A DNA stretch of 64,000 nucleotides from Candidatus Xenobia bacterium (GCA_045863235.1 BTUM01000008.1:59574-123573), one strand, 5' to 3'; positions 12,459 through 22,693 are shown, counted from the stretch's first letter. Numbers and translations: made by a program. The notes: generated from the sequence alone by a model not told the origin.

Positions 12459-13427
12459 GTGCACCTCGGCGTCGACCTGGGCACGACCTGGGTCAAGGTA
12501 GCCACCACCTCCCGCGGGGTCATTCTGCGCGAGCCCACCCTGGTCGCCGTCGAGCGGAACTCGGGGAAGATCGTCGAGACCGGGGAGAAGGCGGCTCGCT
12601 TGCTGCAATCGCAGAGCCCCACGGCGGGCAGCCTGGTGGCGCTGCGCCCGGTACGCGAGGGAGTGGTCGCCAGCCTGGAAGCTGCCGACGCGCTGCTCCA
12701 CCACATCTTCAAGCGCGCCAATCGCTATCGCGTCTGGCGCCCGACCGTGTCCATCGGCGTTCCGGCCGAAGTCACCAAGGTCGAGCGGAGAGCCGTTGTA
12801 GAGGCCGCCCTCAAGGCCGGAGCGCGCCGCGCTGAGCCTGTTCCCTGTCCCCTGGCGGCCGCCCTGGGAGCCCGCCTCGATCTGAGCGAGCCGGAAGGCC
12901 ACATGATCGTGGATCTGGGGGGAGGCTGCACGGATGTGGGCATCCTCTCGATGCAGTCGCTGGTGGTGGCCGGCACCGTGCGCCTGGGCGGCCAGCAACT
13001 GGATGAAGCCATCCAGCGCATGCTGCGCCGGGTCCACAGCGTGATGATCGGCGAAGCCACCGCCGAGCAACTCAAGCTCCAACTGGGCACCGCATTTCCC
13101 CAGCCCAGCCAGCGCACCATGGACGTGAACGGGCAAGACCTGGTGGACGGCCTGCCCCGCACGGTCACGGTGAGTGAATCCGAGGTCCGCGAGGCGCTCG
13201 AGCAGCCCCTGGGCGAGATCGTGGCGGGTCTGCGTCAGGTGCTCGAACGCACCCCTCCCGAGCTCTCGGGAGACGTCTACGAGAGGGGGATCGTGCTCAC
13301 CGGTGGAGCGGCCCGGTTGGTAGGGCTGGACACGATGCTGGAGCGGCTCCTGGGCGTCAAGGTGCGGGTGGCCGACCAGCCCGAGGACTGCGTGGCCCTG
13401 GGAGCCTGTCGACTGGCCTCGGGATAG
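12459..13427 (+). CDS. mreB: MreB/Mbl-family actin-like rod-shape protein
   Basis: GVDLGT, RPVREGV, VDLGGG, TAEQLK, LERTPPEL..D, LTGGAA. Confidence 0.88.
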   Translation: MHLGVDLGTTWVKVATTSRGVILREPTLVAVERNSGKIVETGEKAARLLQSQSPTAGSLVALRPVREGVVASLEAADALLHHIFKRANRYRVWRPTVSIGVPAEVTKVERRAVVEAALKAGARRAEPVPCPLAAALGARLDLSEPEGHMIVDLGGGCTDVGILSMQSLVVAGTVRLGGQQLDEAIQRMLRRVHSVMIGEATAEQLKLQLGTAFPQPSQRTMDVNGQDLVDGLPRTVTVSESEVREALEQPLGEIVAGLRQVLERTPPELSGDVYERGIVLTGGAARLVGLDTMLERLLGVKVRVADQPEDCVALGACRLASG

Positions 13428-14207
13428 TCAGCCGCCGAGTTGGTCCAGGCGCTGCTGCAGCTGACGGACCTGCTCCTCCAGGGCCTCGGCTCGGAGGCGC
13501 TCGGCGTCGGTCCGTTCTCGCTCGGCCACAGCCCGCTCTCGCTCGGCATCGGCCCGCTCTCGCTCGGCATCGGCCCGCTCTCGCTCGGCTTCGGCCCGCT
13601 CTCGCTCGGCTTCGGCCCGCTCTCGCTCGGCCATGACAATCGACCTCGCCTCCTCGATCGACAGGTAGGGAGCCCCCGTGGTGAGGTTCACCAGACGCAA
13701 GAACTCTCGCTCCACGACGATATCGAGCCCGAGAAGCTCGCTTCGATAGCTCCCCTGAGTCACCACGGGGACCAATTCCTGGCCTTCCCGGCGGTAGACC
13801 CGAAACTGGCCCGGCAAATACTCGCCCAGCGGGTCGAACAAAAAGTATTCCTGCACGCCCATCTCGGAGTAACGAATCCGCTTGGCGTGTTGATCAGTCT
13901 TGCGCGAGGTACGCGAGGTGACCTCGAAGACCGCCACCGGAGGCCCACCGTCGAGCCAGGTTCGGAAGACGCGTCGTTTCTCGTGGCTGCACCCGAAGGC
14001 GACGAAAACGTCCGGTGATACCTTGCGGTCGCGATTGCCGGGCTGATCATACACGAACATGTTGGAGAAAGCCCAGGCATCGGGCCGCTCGGCGAAGTGG
14101 GCCCGCAAAGCTCCCAAAAGGTAGTGAATGGCCACCACATGCCAGTCGGACTCGGTCACCGTGTCCTCGTAGTAAGGGTAGAACTCCTCCTGGTCAGGTG
14201 CGAGCAT
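13428..14207 (-). CDS. Uma2 (DUF820) family PD-(D/E)xK putative endonuclease with coiled-coil tail
   Basis: ESDWH, SPDVF, FEVTS, D..K...Y..GV.EYFLFDP; AERERAE repeats. Confidence 0.9.
   Translation of the reverse strand: MLAPDQEEFYPYYEDTVTESDWHVVAIHYLLGALRAHFAERPDAWAFSNMFVYDQPGNRDRKVSPDVFVAFGCSHEKRRVFRTWLDGGPPVAVFEVTSRTSRKTDQHAKRIRYSEMGVQEYFLFDPLGEYLPGQFRVYRREGQELVPVVTQGSYRSELLGLDIVVEREFLRLVNLTTGAPYLSIEEARSIVMAERERAEAERERAEAERERADAERERADAERERAVAERERTDAERLRAEALEEQVRQLQQRLDQLGG
13489..13631. repeat. 21-bp coding tandem repeat (about 5 near-perfect plus 2 degenerate units)
   Basis: GCCCGCTCTCGCTCGGC(A/T)TCG units at 13531, 13552, 13573, 13594 and partial at 13615; encodes AERERA(E/D) heptads on the minus strand. 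Confidence 0.9.
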
Positions 14208-14344
14208 GGTTCACCTCTTGATTGGATTCGACCAGAGAGGGGGAATATCCCCGAGTGGGTCTGTGAAGCCAAAGGAAGATCCTTTGAGGGAGGGGGCTCG
14301 ACGCCTCTGGTCAGCCCGAGTGGACAGCGGTTCTTGAATTACCC

Positions 14345-15991
14345 TCAGATTCCTGCTCCCCCCGGCTGGCGGCTGCTGGCCACCAGAACGAACAGAAAGA
14401 GCGCGCAGGCAACCAGCAGGTTCAGCCAGCGATTCTTGACCAGGATCTCGTCGGCAGCGGCCAGGGCGGTGTCAGCCGGCACCTCGTAGACAAGCAAAAA
14501 GCCGTCCACCGGCAGGTTGGCTCCCACCACATCCTGACCTGCCTCGTTGACATAGCGGCTGACGGCGGGCAACTCCTCCCGGCCGGGCAGAGTTAGCCGG
14601 AAACCCTCTGCCAGCCGATCTTCCAGCCTGGAGCGAGGAAGGACCCCGGCCAAAAAGCGATTCGGGTCGGGCCTGGCAGCGACCAGCAGGAAATGATCTC
14701 CGGGGGGCATCAGCACCTTCCCGCTGGGAGCGCCCAGCGGAGCGCTCCAGGGTGTGAGCGACTGGAGCACGTTCCCCGAGCTGTCGAGCAGCAACAGGTT
14801 CTCGAAACCCTCGACCGCCTCGAGAGGAGCCTGGCTCTGCGCCAGGCGATTGAGCGCTTCGCGGTAGGGTGAGAGCTCGCGAAGCAGCTCGCTGCGGGCC
14901 ATCTGGCACACCTGCTGGACGCGGTGCTTGACCTCCACGGCCAGTAGGGTACGCGTCTTCAGGGTCAGATAAGTGTTCACGAAGAGCGGAAAAAAAGCCA
15001 GCAGCAAGAGGCTCAAGGCTACCAGGGGTCGGGCCAGGAAGCGCTCCAGGCGGTAGCGTCGGGTCCAGGGCCGCCGGCAGAGCAGCGGCTCGCGAGCCTG
15101 CCAGCGTTGCAGGTCGTCCACCACCTCGTGCATCGAGGGGGTGCGCGAGATGGGATCGACCCGAAGGCAGCATTCGAGGATGCAGGCCAGCTCCGGGTCG
15201 ACCTCCGGGCGAAGCTCGCGCACCGGCGTAAGAGACCTGGAGGTGAGCAGCTTCTTGTAGAGGTCCAGTTGCTCCAGAGTGTTGGCGCTGGAGCGCAGCG
15301 AGGCCTGGTCTTCCTCTGACAACCGCGGGTAGCGCTCGGTCAAGAGCGCGTAACAAGTCGCCCCGAAGCTGTAGACGTCCCAGGAAACGTCAGGCACCGC
15401 CTCGGCTCGCACCTGCTCAGGAGGCATGAAGCCGAGGGTTCCAAAGGCCGCGCTCCTCTCGCTCTGGCTGCGCGACTGGCCAAAATCGGACAGGCGAACC
15501 CTTTGCTCTTCGTCGAGCAAAACATTGGACGGCTTCAAGTCACAGTGCAACACGCCCTTGTCGTGCAGGTAGCGAAGGGCGGTGGCCAGCTGCTGGATCC
15601 AGCTGACGGCCGTCTTGAGCGGGGGGCGCAGCTCGTTATCGAGAGAGCGCGCGAGCAGTGGCATGACGTAGAAGGGAGGATCATGCTCCAGGTCGGCATC
15701 CAACAAGCTGACCACGAAGGGATGACTGGCCACCTCGCGCAAACGGGCGACCTCCAGCCTGAGGTAATCAAAATCCAGGCCGGAGCGTCGAAAGAACTTG
15801 ATCGCCACGTGTTGACCGGTGCGCAGCTGCACCGCTGCCCACACCTCACCGAACGAGCCTACGCCCAGCCGACACTCCAGCCGATAGCCCGGCGGCGTAG
15901 CCGGCGTTTCCCCCGATTCGGTACGGGCCTGCTCGAGCTGATCGGGAGCCTGAACGACAGTGGCCTCCGGAGGCGGGTCGTCGGGGAGCAT
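14345..15991 (-). CDS. Hanks-type Ser/Thr protein kinase with TM-sensor-TM C-terminus
   Basis: LGVGSFGEV, VAIK, HCDLKPSN, DFG, GTLGFMPPE, DVYSFG; two hydrophobic helices flanking a ~170-aa loop. Confidence 0.92.
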   Translation of the reverse strand: MLPDDPPPEATVVQAPDQLEQARTESGETPATPPGYRLECRLGVGSFGEVWAAVQLRTGQHVAIKFFRRSGLDFDYLRLEVARLREVASHPFVVSLLDADLEHDPPFYVMPLLARSLDNELRPPLKTAVSWIQQLATALRYLHDKGVLHCDLKPSNVLLDEEQRVRLSDFGQSRSQSERSAAFGTLGFMPPEQVRAEAVPDVSWDVYSFGATCYALLTERYPRLSEEDQASLRSSANTLEQLDLYKKLLTSRSLTPVRELRPEVDPELACILECCLRVDPISRTPSMHEVVDDLQRWQAREPLLCRRPWTRRYRLERFLARPLVALSLLLLAFFPLFVNTYLTLKTRTLLAVEVKHRVQQVCQMARSELLRELSPYREALNRLAQSQAPLEAVEGFENLLLLDSSGNVLQSLTPWSAPLGAPSGKVLMPPGDHFLLVAARPDPNRFLAGVLPRSRLEDRLAEGFRLTLPGREELPAVSRYVNEAGQDVVGANLPVDGFLLVYEVPADTALAAADEILVKNRWLNLLVACALFLFVLVASSRQPGGAGI

Positions 15992-16049
15992 GCCAGCCGA
16001 TTCCCCTCCGGCAGGGGGTCGTCCTTTTCAGACCAGCTTCAGGCTGCTT

Positions 16050-16058
16050 TGCTAACAT
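16050..16058 (+). promoter_or_regulatory. putative extended -10 promoter for a leaderless transcript
   Basis: TGcTAACAT ends 6 nt before ATG 16065; no SD present. Confidence 0.4.
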
Positions 16059-16064
16059 CTGGTC

Positions 16065-16721
16065 ATGCAGATGGCCAGTATCGGGGTGGCGTCTCATTTG
16101 CCGATGACCCGCCCGGGGGCGAGCTACTCGCCACCGGAAGGGAAACTCATCCAGGAGACCTTTTCCTCCCTGGAATCCCCCGAAGATCTCCCCCGCGCTC
16201 TGGCGGCCCTGAAGTCGCTGGGCCAGACCTCAGATGAGCAGTTGAGCAAGCTCGTGCACGTGACCCTTTCGGCCGTGGTGGCGGCGGGCGGCGCCGGTCC
16301 GCTGGCTCTGGCTCTCTGCAAGGCAGCCTTCTCGGCCCTGCAAGAGCCCGGCCTCAAACCCGCCACCCTGGCCGCCCGCCTGGCCGCACCCCTGACCAGG
16401 AGCGAGCAGAACCCCGTGATGGAGGCCATCGCCCGGGCCGTCACCCCCTTCTACGGCATGGCTCCTGGCACCCAGAAGCTGGTGGATGACGTGCACCTGT
16501 TCCTCAGCCCCATCCACGACGGCGCCGATGGCAACGACCCGGCGGGGCGGATCAAGTGCGTCCGGGGCAGCCTGGAGAAGCTGAGCGAGCTCGACGACGA
16601 CCGGTCCTATGCCGGCTACCTCTGCCGCGAGAGCCGCGACGGTGCCGGTGGTGGCCAGGTCGGCGAGCTGGCCGGCCGGGCCTTCGTAGGCGGGGTACTG
16701 GTCCGCCGCCGAGCCAGCTGA
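16065..16721 (+). CDS. hypothetical helical protein with basic C-terminal GG motif
   Basis: Fills the gap between kinase and TamB; GC3-biased codons; ends VGELAGRAFVGGVLVRRRAS. Confidence 0.7.
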   Translation: MQMASIGVASHLPMTRPGASYSPPEGKLIQETFSSLESPEDLPRALAALKSLGQTSDEQLSKLVHVTLSAVVAAGGAGPLALALCKAAFSALQEPGLKPATLAARLAAPLTRSEQNPVMEAIARAVTPFYGMAPGTQKLVDDVHLFLSPIHDGADGNDPAGRIKCVRGSLEKLSELDDDRSYAGYLCRESRDGAGGGQVGELAGRAFVGGVLVRRRAS

Positions 16722-16885
16722 CCTGCAGGAAGAGTTCACCGACGACTCTACCGGAGAACCTGATATGAGCGTACGGCGGATCCTGAGCCGCATTCAATTT
16801 TTTTGCCAGAAACCCTGACAAATGCAGGACTCGCGCCCACTGTAAGGGAAGGGCAACCAGAATTCCTCTGCGGATTCGCCCGATC

Positions 16886-19800
16886 ATGCGTCCTCATGCC
16901 GCGCGGCTACGAAGGTTCGTTCTCCGGGCCCTGACCCTCGGACTGGCTCTGGGAGTCGTGGCCCTGCTGCTGCTTTTCCTCTTCTTCACGCCTTTGGTGC
17001 GCATGGCTCTGGGCCCACTGACGCGAGAACTGGACGGCCGTCTCGTCTTCGACCGGGCCCGGCCTGGTCTGGGCGAGATCGTGCTGGACAACCTGCGAGT
17101 CGAGTCCAGGCAAGACGGCCTGGTGCTGGAGGCCTCCAGCTTGCAGGTCGGCCTGCACCCCCTGGCCTACCTCTCCAGCGGTGACGGGGCCGCCCTGGTA
17201 GGCGACATCCGCGTCCACAAGCCGGTGCTGACCCTGCGCGTCGACTCTGATGGGGTACTCAACCTCAGCCGGCTGTTCCGCCCCCGTCCCCCCGGTCGTC
17301 CCTGGCTGGCGCGCTACCGGGGTCGCATCCAGGTCACGGACGGCACCAGCTTTTACCGTGATGAGCGGCGTAACCTGTTCGTCTACCAGGCGGGCTTCCA
17401 AGGTTTGCTGCAGACGGCCGGGTCGAATCCAATGGCAACCCTCGAGCTGACCGTGCAACCGGTCCAGCAGCTGCCGGGAGAGCTCAAGCTGACCGGTTCC
17501 CTGGGCCGGGAGGCTCCCGTCCTCGCTCTGCGCCTCCTCGTGGAGAACCTCGAGCTGAAGCCCTTCTCCGGATACCCGGGCCTGCAGGGCCTGGCCAGCC
17601 TTTCCGGGGGCCAGCTCGACGGCGACCTCCAGGTAGCCGGCCGCGCGAGCAGTTTCGCCGGCCTTCCCAGGGCTCTCTCCTGGTCGGGCAGCCTCCGACT
17701 GGCGAGCGGCGCGCTCAGCGCCAATGCCCTTCCCTGGCCGCTCGAGCAACTGAACGGTCAGGCAACCCTGATGGGCAACGCGTTGCACCTGGAATCCTTC
17801 CGGGGGCAAGCCGACGGCACGCCATTCCAGGTGCGCGGCGACGTTTTCCTACCTCCCCGACTGTGGCTCGATCTGCAAGCCGACTTCCCCAGAATCCAGG
17901 CCCACCGTCTGCGTGAGCTGATCCCCCGGGCTCCGGAGCTGAAAGGCGAAGCCCGACTCGAGCTTTCCCTCGAGGGCTCGAGTCGCAATCCCGAGCTACG
18001 AGGCACGGTTCGCTCGGCCCACCTTGGCAACGGAGAGCAAGAGCTGCACGATCTCGATCTCAGCTTCCGCCTCTCCGAGCGCCTGCTGGAGGTGGAGCAG
18101 GCCAGCGCCAGGGCGGCTGGAGGGCAGCTCTGGGGCAGCGGGTTCGTATTCCTCGATCAGAAGGCCTTGCTGCTCGAGCTGGGCGGCGATCACGCCTCTC
18201 TCCAGGAGCTATCCCCTGACCTGAAAGGCCAGGCCAGCTTCCAGGCCTCGGTGCTGGGAACCCTGGCCGAGCCAATGGTCCAGGGCTCAGCTGAGGTGCT
18301 GGCCTTCCAGGGGCTGGGCCAGGTGCTCGACTCGGCCCACACCAACTTCTTCTTCGGCGCGGATACGCTGCTTTTGCGCTCGGCCACGGTGGCCCGAGGC
18401 GGCACCGAGATCCGCCTTCCGGGCGCTTACCTCGACTTCAAGGACGGCTACCTCGCCGCCGGGGTGGAAGCCGAGCAGGTGGCCTTCCCGCCCCTGACCA
18501 TTCGGGGGCGCAAGCTGACCGGCAGCCTGAGCGGCAAGGGAATGCTCTGGGGGCTCTGGAACAAGCCTTCCGAGCTGACTGCTCGAGGGACGCTGCGCGG
18601 CTCGAGCCTGGCCATGAGCGGCCACGAGCTGAGCGACCTGGCCGGCGCCTTCCTCCTGTCCGGCGGGCGGCTCTATTTCCCTCACCTGAACGGACGCATC
18701 GAGCAGGGCCAGGTGGAAGTGGCTGGCAGCTATGGCCTCAAGGGCCAGGACAGTCGCCTGGCCATGCACGGCACCGACCTGCCGGGACGAATCTTGCACG
18801 ACCTGCTGGCCCTGCCGCTCACCTTCACCTCCCCGATCCAGGCCCGGCTCCTCTACGTCGACACCGGGCCGGACTGGTTCGAAGCCGTGGCCGGCAACCA
18901 TGAGGGCCGGCTGGCCACTGAAGGCGTGCGGCGTCAGGATGAATCGCTTGAGGCGATGGTCTGGGCCGATCAGGTCGACCTGCGCGTGCTGGGTATGCCG
19001 GCCTTCCACCGGGTGGCCGAGGAGTTCACCGGACTGGTCGGATTGGAAGGCCCGGCCCGAGCCTTCTCCTTCATCGCCAGCGGCGAGTTGGCGGGCCCCC
19101 AACTGGGCCTGACCAGCCCGGTCGAGCTGAACACCTGGGGAAAGCGCCAGGGCACCGTGCTGAAGCTCGAGCAGGGTTATCTCGCCTGGGATTATCCCCC
19201 CACCCGCTCGGTGGCCACCACCGGCGTGCACGGCCAGGCCTACCCCTTCCCCGGCCCGATCTTCGCCCCCCCGCTGCACAAGGTCAGCCTGGGGGAATTC
19301 TCCACCCCCACCTGGGGCCTGCTGAGCTTGCGCGGCACCATCGACCTGGCTGCCCGCCAGGTGGATCTGCGCTACAAGGCTCAAGACATCGAGCTGGGCT
19401 GGCTGGCCTCTCGCCCCTGGCTGGACAGGCGGCGCACCCTGAACCAGGCTCTGGACCATCACGTGGCTGCCGGCGTGGGCGACGCCACCGGCACGGTACG
19501 CGGCTCCTTCGCCATCCCCACGGTCACGGGTCAGGTTGATCTACCCTGGATGGCCCTGGAGGGCGGGCAGGTCTACTCGGCCCGCGGGCGACTGAGCGGC
19601 AACCGCCGCCAGATGGCCTTCGAGCCCCTCTGGGTGAGCGCCCACCCCTTCGATTCCCGCCTGGGCCGTGGGCCCGGGGAAGACCTGATGGAGGTGCGCG
19701 GGCGGGTGGCCTTCGACTCGAAAGCGCCCTCCGAGCTCACGTTCAGCACCCGTGGCTTTGATGCGCCCCGGGCGGTGGCTCTCCTGCCCGAGCGATTCTC

Positions 19801-22645
19801 AACGCCCTTTGGTCGCCTCTACGGACAGGTCTCCTTCGATCGGCTGCGCCTGACCGGCCCCCTGTCGCGACCGGCCATGGCCGGTCAGTTGCAGATGCGC
19901 CGCGGAGGTCTGCCGCTGCAGGATCGAATCTTCCCGCTCGACAGCCTGCTCGTCGACTTCAAGAGCCAGGCAGGCGAGTTCGCCATCTCGCGCCTGGAGC
20001 TCGAGTCCGGCCAGTTGCGCATGCTGGGCAGCGGGAACCGTACCGCCTCGGGCGACTACGTGGCCCAGCTCTACTCGCACGACGTGCCGATGAGCTACTT
20101 CCACGGCCTGGGCGCACCCTTCACGGCCCTGAGCGGCAGCGCCGACCTGACCTTGCGGCTGCAGACCCGGGGCCGGCAGCCGGTCGCCTACCTGGGCCTG
20201 GAGTCCGACCAGCTCGCCTGGAGCCCGTCAGCCCTGACAGGACTGCCGGGCAACTCCATGCTGCTCGACCAGGTGCGTCTGGGCGGCCTGCAGCGCAACG
20301 CCGATGGCACCCTCTCCACGGGCTCGGGCCACGGGATCGAGCTGGCCTGGAGCGGCACCCGCGCCACCCTGGACATTCCACCCGACTCGCTCGGTTTCCA
20401 GACGGACGGAGCCAGCTTCACGGCCCAGGGCTCGGTCAGCTTCCAGCCGCTAAAGCCCGACGACCGGCTCTCCGACTGGTTCAAGTCGCCCGCCGGGCCC
20501 GATTTCGGGCCACTGGGCACGGGGCCATTCCAGGCCCGCATGGAGAATTTTACCATGAGCCAGCTGGCTGGCCTGCTCGGCCTGACCACCGACCTGGAGG
20601 GCCAGCTGAGCGGCACGGTCAGCCTGGAAGGCCAGTGGTACCGCGACCTGGAGACCCTGGGTGTCAGTCGGCTGCCCCAGTACGGCTTCGAGGTGCGCTC
20701 GCTGGAGCTGGCTCGCCAGCTCCAGGAGAGGCGGCTGGCTCTGAGTCTGGACGGTCCGGCCACCCTGAGCTTCGGGCGCGAGGGACCCAATGCCGTGCTG
20801 AGCCTGAGCCCGACCCGCCTCAAGGCCAACGGCGGGTTCCTGGAGGCGATGGGCCAGCTGGTGCTGGCAGGCAACAAGGACAGCAGCCTGACCGCGACGG
20901 TGCGGGACATGCCCCTGGAAGCCCTGGCCTGGTTGTATCCCACCGCGGCCACGGTGCGGGGCCACGTGGAGCAGCTCGACCTGAAGCTGCAGGGCCTCCT
21001 GCCCACGCCCGATCTGGATGTTTCTTTCCGAGCGGTGCGCGAGAGCGAACTGGTCAAGGGCGTCGAGCTCTCTCTGGCCGGCCAGGTGAGCGGCCGCCCC
21101 CAGAGCAACGGCAGCTACCTGGTCGACTTCGGCTCGCCTGGGGCCATTCTCACCATCGGCTCCGCCGTGCGAGCGGCCGAGCACCTGACACTGGGAGGCC
21201 AGGTCCCCCTGCGCTGGGTGCGCGAAGCGGCCAACCTGCCGGACCGGCTCAACTGGGCCTGGGACGGGCTGCGCCTGCGTAGCGACGGGGAAATGAGCCT
21301 CTCGGCCCACATCGAGGACCAGAACATGCAGCTTCTGGACACAATCCTGCCCCAGGTATCCCAGGCCTCGGGCAAGGTGCAGGGGCGACTCGACCTGACC
21401 GGCACCCTGGAGCTTCCCAAGGTGCAGGGAGGGCTGAGCATCGAGAACGCCAGTCTCTCAACCAGCCTGTTCCCCCAGCCGATTACCAACCTGAACGTGC
21501 AGACACGATTCGAGCAGATCCGTCCTGAAGAGGCCGAGGTGGTGGCTGGCGGCGAGAGCTATCAGGGGATGTTCCGCAGCCGCTACTCCATTGACCGCTT
21601 CGACGGCCTGATCGGCGGCCATCCGTTCCAGGTGACCGGCAAGGCCGAGTTGGCCGGCTTCGAGCCCACCTTCCTCAACCTGGGCCTGACCGGCCAGGGT
21701 ATCCCCCTGCAGCAGGAGCGCTTCCAGGGCACCGCCGACGTGGCCCTCACCCTGGAGGCCCGCCCCGGCCGGACCCGGGAGAATCCCAACCTGAGTCTCA
21801 TCCCGGTGGTCACGGGGCAAGTCAACCTGCCATCCGGCGATCTCACCTTGCAGCTCAGCGATGCCCAGCAGGAGCTGAGCACCTACCGACTGCCCCTGCG
21901 CTACGACGTGGACCTGGTTCTGGGGGACAACTTCTGGGTGCACGTGGGCGACTCGCGCGTGCGCGCCCAGGGCAACCTGAAGCTGCAGCCCGACTCGGTC
22001 ACCCGGGCACCCGTGCTCTCGGGACAGGCCTTTTTGTCTCGGGGCCTGTTGCAGATCCCCTTCTACAACGTGAGCTTCAACATTCGCCAGGGTTGGGCTT
22101 ACTGGGATCGCAGCCTGATCCCGACGCTCGAGAACGTGGAAGCGGATACCACCATCGGCGGCTACCAGATCATGGCCCGCATCGACGGCCAGTATCCCAA
22201 CCTGAAGCTGGACCTGTTCTCCAACCCGCCCCTGGCCCAGAACCAGCTGCTGCGGATGGTGGCTGTCAGCGGCCTGCCCGGCGGAGGCAGCGAGGTGGGC
22301 TCGACCAGCATCCCGATGGACAACTTCCTGCAGGCCCAGGGGTTGGCGGTGCTCTCGGGATTGATCGCCAGCCCGATCACCCAGCAGATCAGCAAGGTGC
22401 TCTTCTTGTCGGAGGTCAGCTTCGACTACCAGCTGCCGGCCACGTACGTGGTCAAACTGGCCAAGGCGCTCGACTCCTACGACCGCGTTCTGCTGACGCT
22501 GACCCGCATCCTGTACGGCAATGGTCTTGCCGAGAGTCTCTACGGGCTGGAGTGGCGCTTTCAGCCCAACCTGCTGACCCGGGTGGCCATGGACGACCTG
22601 GGGGGGATGCGCTTCTGGTTCCAGGGAATCTTCAGCTGGTGGTAG
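16886..22645 (+). CDS. TamB/AsmA-like translocation and assembly module protein (1919 aa)
   Basis: N-terminal TM anchor; Gly-rich repeated beta-strand segments (GTL..P, G.L..P); C-terminal DUF490-like region with LFSNPPL motif. Confidence 0.8.
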   Translation: MRPHAARLRRFVLRALTLGLALGVVALLLLFLFFTPLVRMALGPLTRELDGRLVFDRARPGLGEIVLDNLRVESRQDGLVLEASSLQVGLHPLAYLSSGDGAALVGDIRVHKPVLTLRVDSDGVLNLSRLFRPRPPGRPWLARYRGRIQVTDGTSFYRDERRNLFVYQAGFQGLLQTAGSNPMATLELTVQPVQQLPGELKLTGSLGREAPVLALRLLVENLELKPFSGYPGLQGLASLSGGQLDGDLQVAGRASSFAGLPRALSWSGSLRLASGALSANALPWPLEQLNGQATLMGNALHLESFRGQADGTPFQVRGDVFLPPRLWLDLQADFPRIQAHRLRELIPRAPELKGEARLELSLEGSSRNPELRGTVRSAHLGNGEQELHDLDLSFRLSERLLEVEQASARAAGGQLWGSGFVFLDQKALLLELGGDHASLQELSPDLKGQASFQASVLGTLAEPMVQGSAEVLAFQGLGQVLDSAHTNFFFGADTLLLRSATVARGGTEIRLPGAYLDFKDGYLAAGVEAEQVAFPPLTIRGRKLTGSLSGKGMLWGLWNKPSELTARGTLRGSSLAMSGHELSDLAGAFLLSGGRLYFPHLNGRIEQGQVEVAGSYGLKGQDSRLAMHGTDLPGRILHDLLALPLTFTSPIQARLLYVDTGPDWFEAVAGNHEGRLATEGVRRQDESLEAMVWADQVDLRVLGMPAFHRVAEEFTGLVGLEGPARAFSFIASGELAGPQLGLTSPVELNTWGKRQGTVLKLEQGYLAWDYPPTRSVATTGVHGQAYPFPGPIFAPPLHKVSLGEFSTPTWGLLSLRGTIDLAARQVDLRYKAQDIELGWLASRPWLDRRRTLNQALDHHVAAGVGDATGTVRGSFAIPTVTGQVDLPWMALEGGQVYSARGRLSGNRRQMAFEPLWVSAHPFDSRLGRGPGEDLMEVRGRVAFDSKAPSELTFSTRGFDAPRAVALLPERFSTPFGRLYGQVSFDRLRLTGPLSRPAMAGQLQMRRGGLPLQDRIFPLDSLLVDFKSQAGEFAISRLELESGQLRMLGSGNRTASGDYVAQLYSHDVPMSYFHGLGAPFTALSGSADLTLRLQTRGRQPVAYLGLESDQLAWSPSALTGLPGNSMLLDQVRLGGLQRNADGTLSTGSGHGIELAWSGTRATLDIPPDSLGFQTDGASFTAQGSVSFQPLKPDDRLSDWFKSPAGPDFGPLGTGPFQARMENFTMSQLAGLLGLTTDLEGQLSGTVSLEGQWYRDLETLGVSRLPQYGFEVRSLELARQLQERRLALSLDGPATLSFGREGPNAVLSLSPTRLKANGGFLEAMGQLVLAGNKDSSLTATVRDMPLEALAWLYPTAATVRGHVEQLDLKLQGLLPTPDLDVSFRAVRESELVKGVELSLAGQVSGRPQSNGSYLVDFGSPGAILTIGSAVRAAEHLTLGGQVPLRWVREAANLPDRLNWAWDGLRLRSDGEMSLSAHIEDQNMQLLDTILPQVSQASGKVQGRLDLTGTLELPKVQGGLSIENASLSTSLFPQPITNLNVQTRFEQIRPEEAEVVAGGESYQGMFRSRYSIDRFDGLIGGHPFQVTGKAELAGFEPTFLNLGLTGQGIPLQQERFQGTADVALTLEARPGRTRENPNLSLIPVVTGQVNLPSGDLTLQLSDAQQELSTYRLPLRYDVDLVLGDNFWVHVGDSRVRAQGNLKLQPDSVTRAPVLSGQAFLSRGLLQIPFYNVSFNIRQGWAYWDRSLIPTLENVEADTTIGGYQIMARIDGQYPNLKLDLFSNPPLAQNQLLRMVAVSGLPGGGSEVGSTSIPMDNFLQAQGLAVLSGLIASPITQQISKVLFLSEVSFDYQLPATYVVKLAKALDSYDRVLLTLTRILYGNGLAESLYGLEWRFQPNLLTRVAMDDLGGMRFWFQGIFSWW

Positions 22646-22693
22646 GGTTCCAGCCGCGTGCAACCGAACCTTGGCCGTGAGCGGAGGGTGCCC

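Noticed and set aside
13489-13631. 21-bp repeat as a CRISPR or novel element
   Set aside because: In-frame heptad coiled-coil repeat, common in Uma2-family tails.
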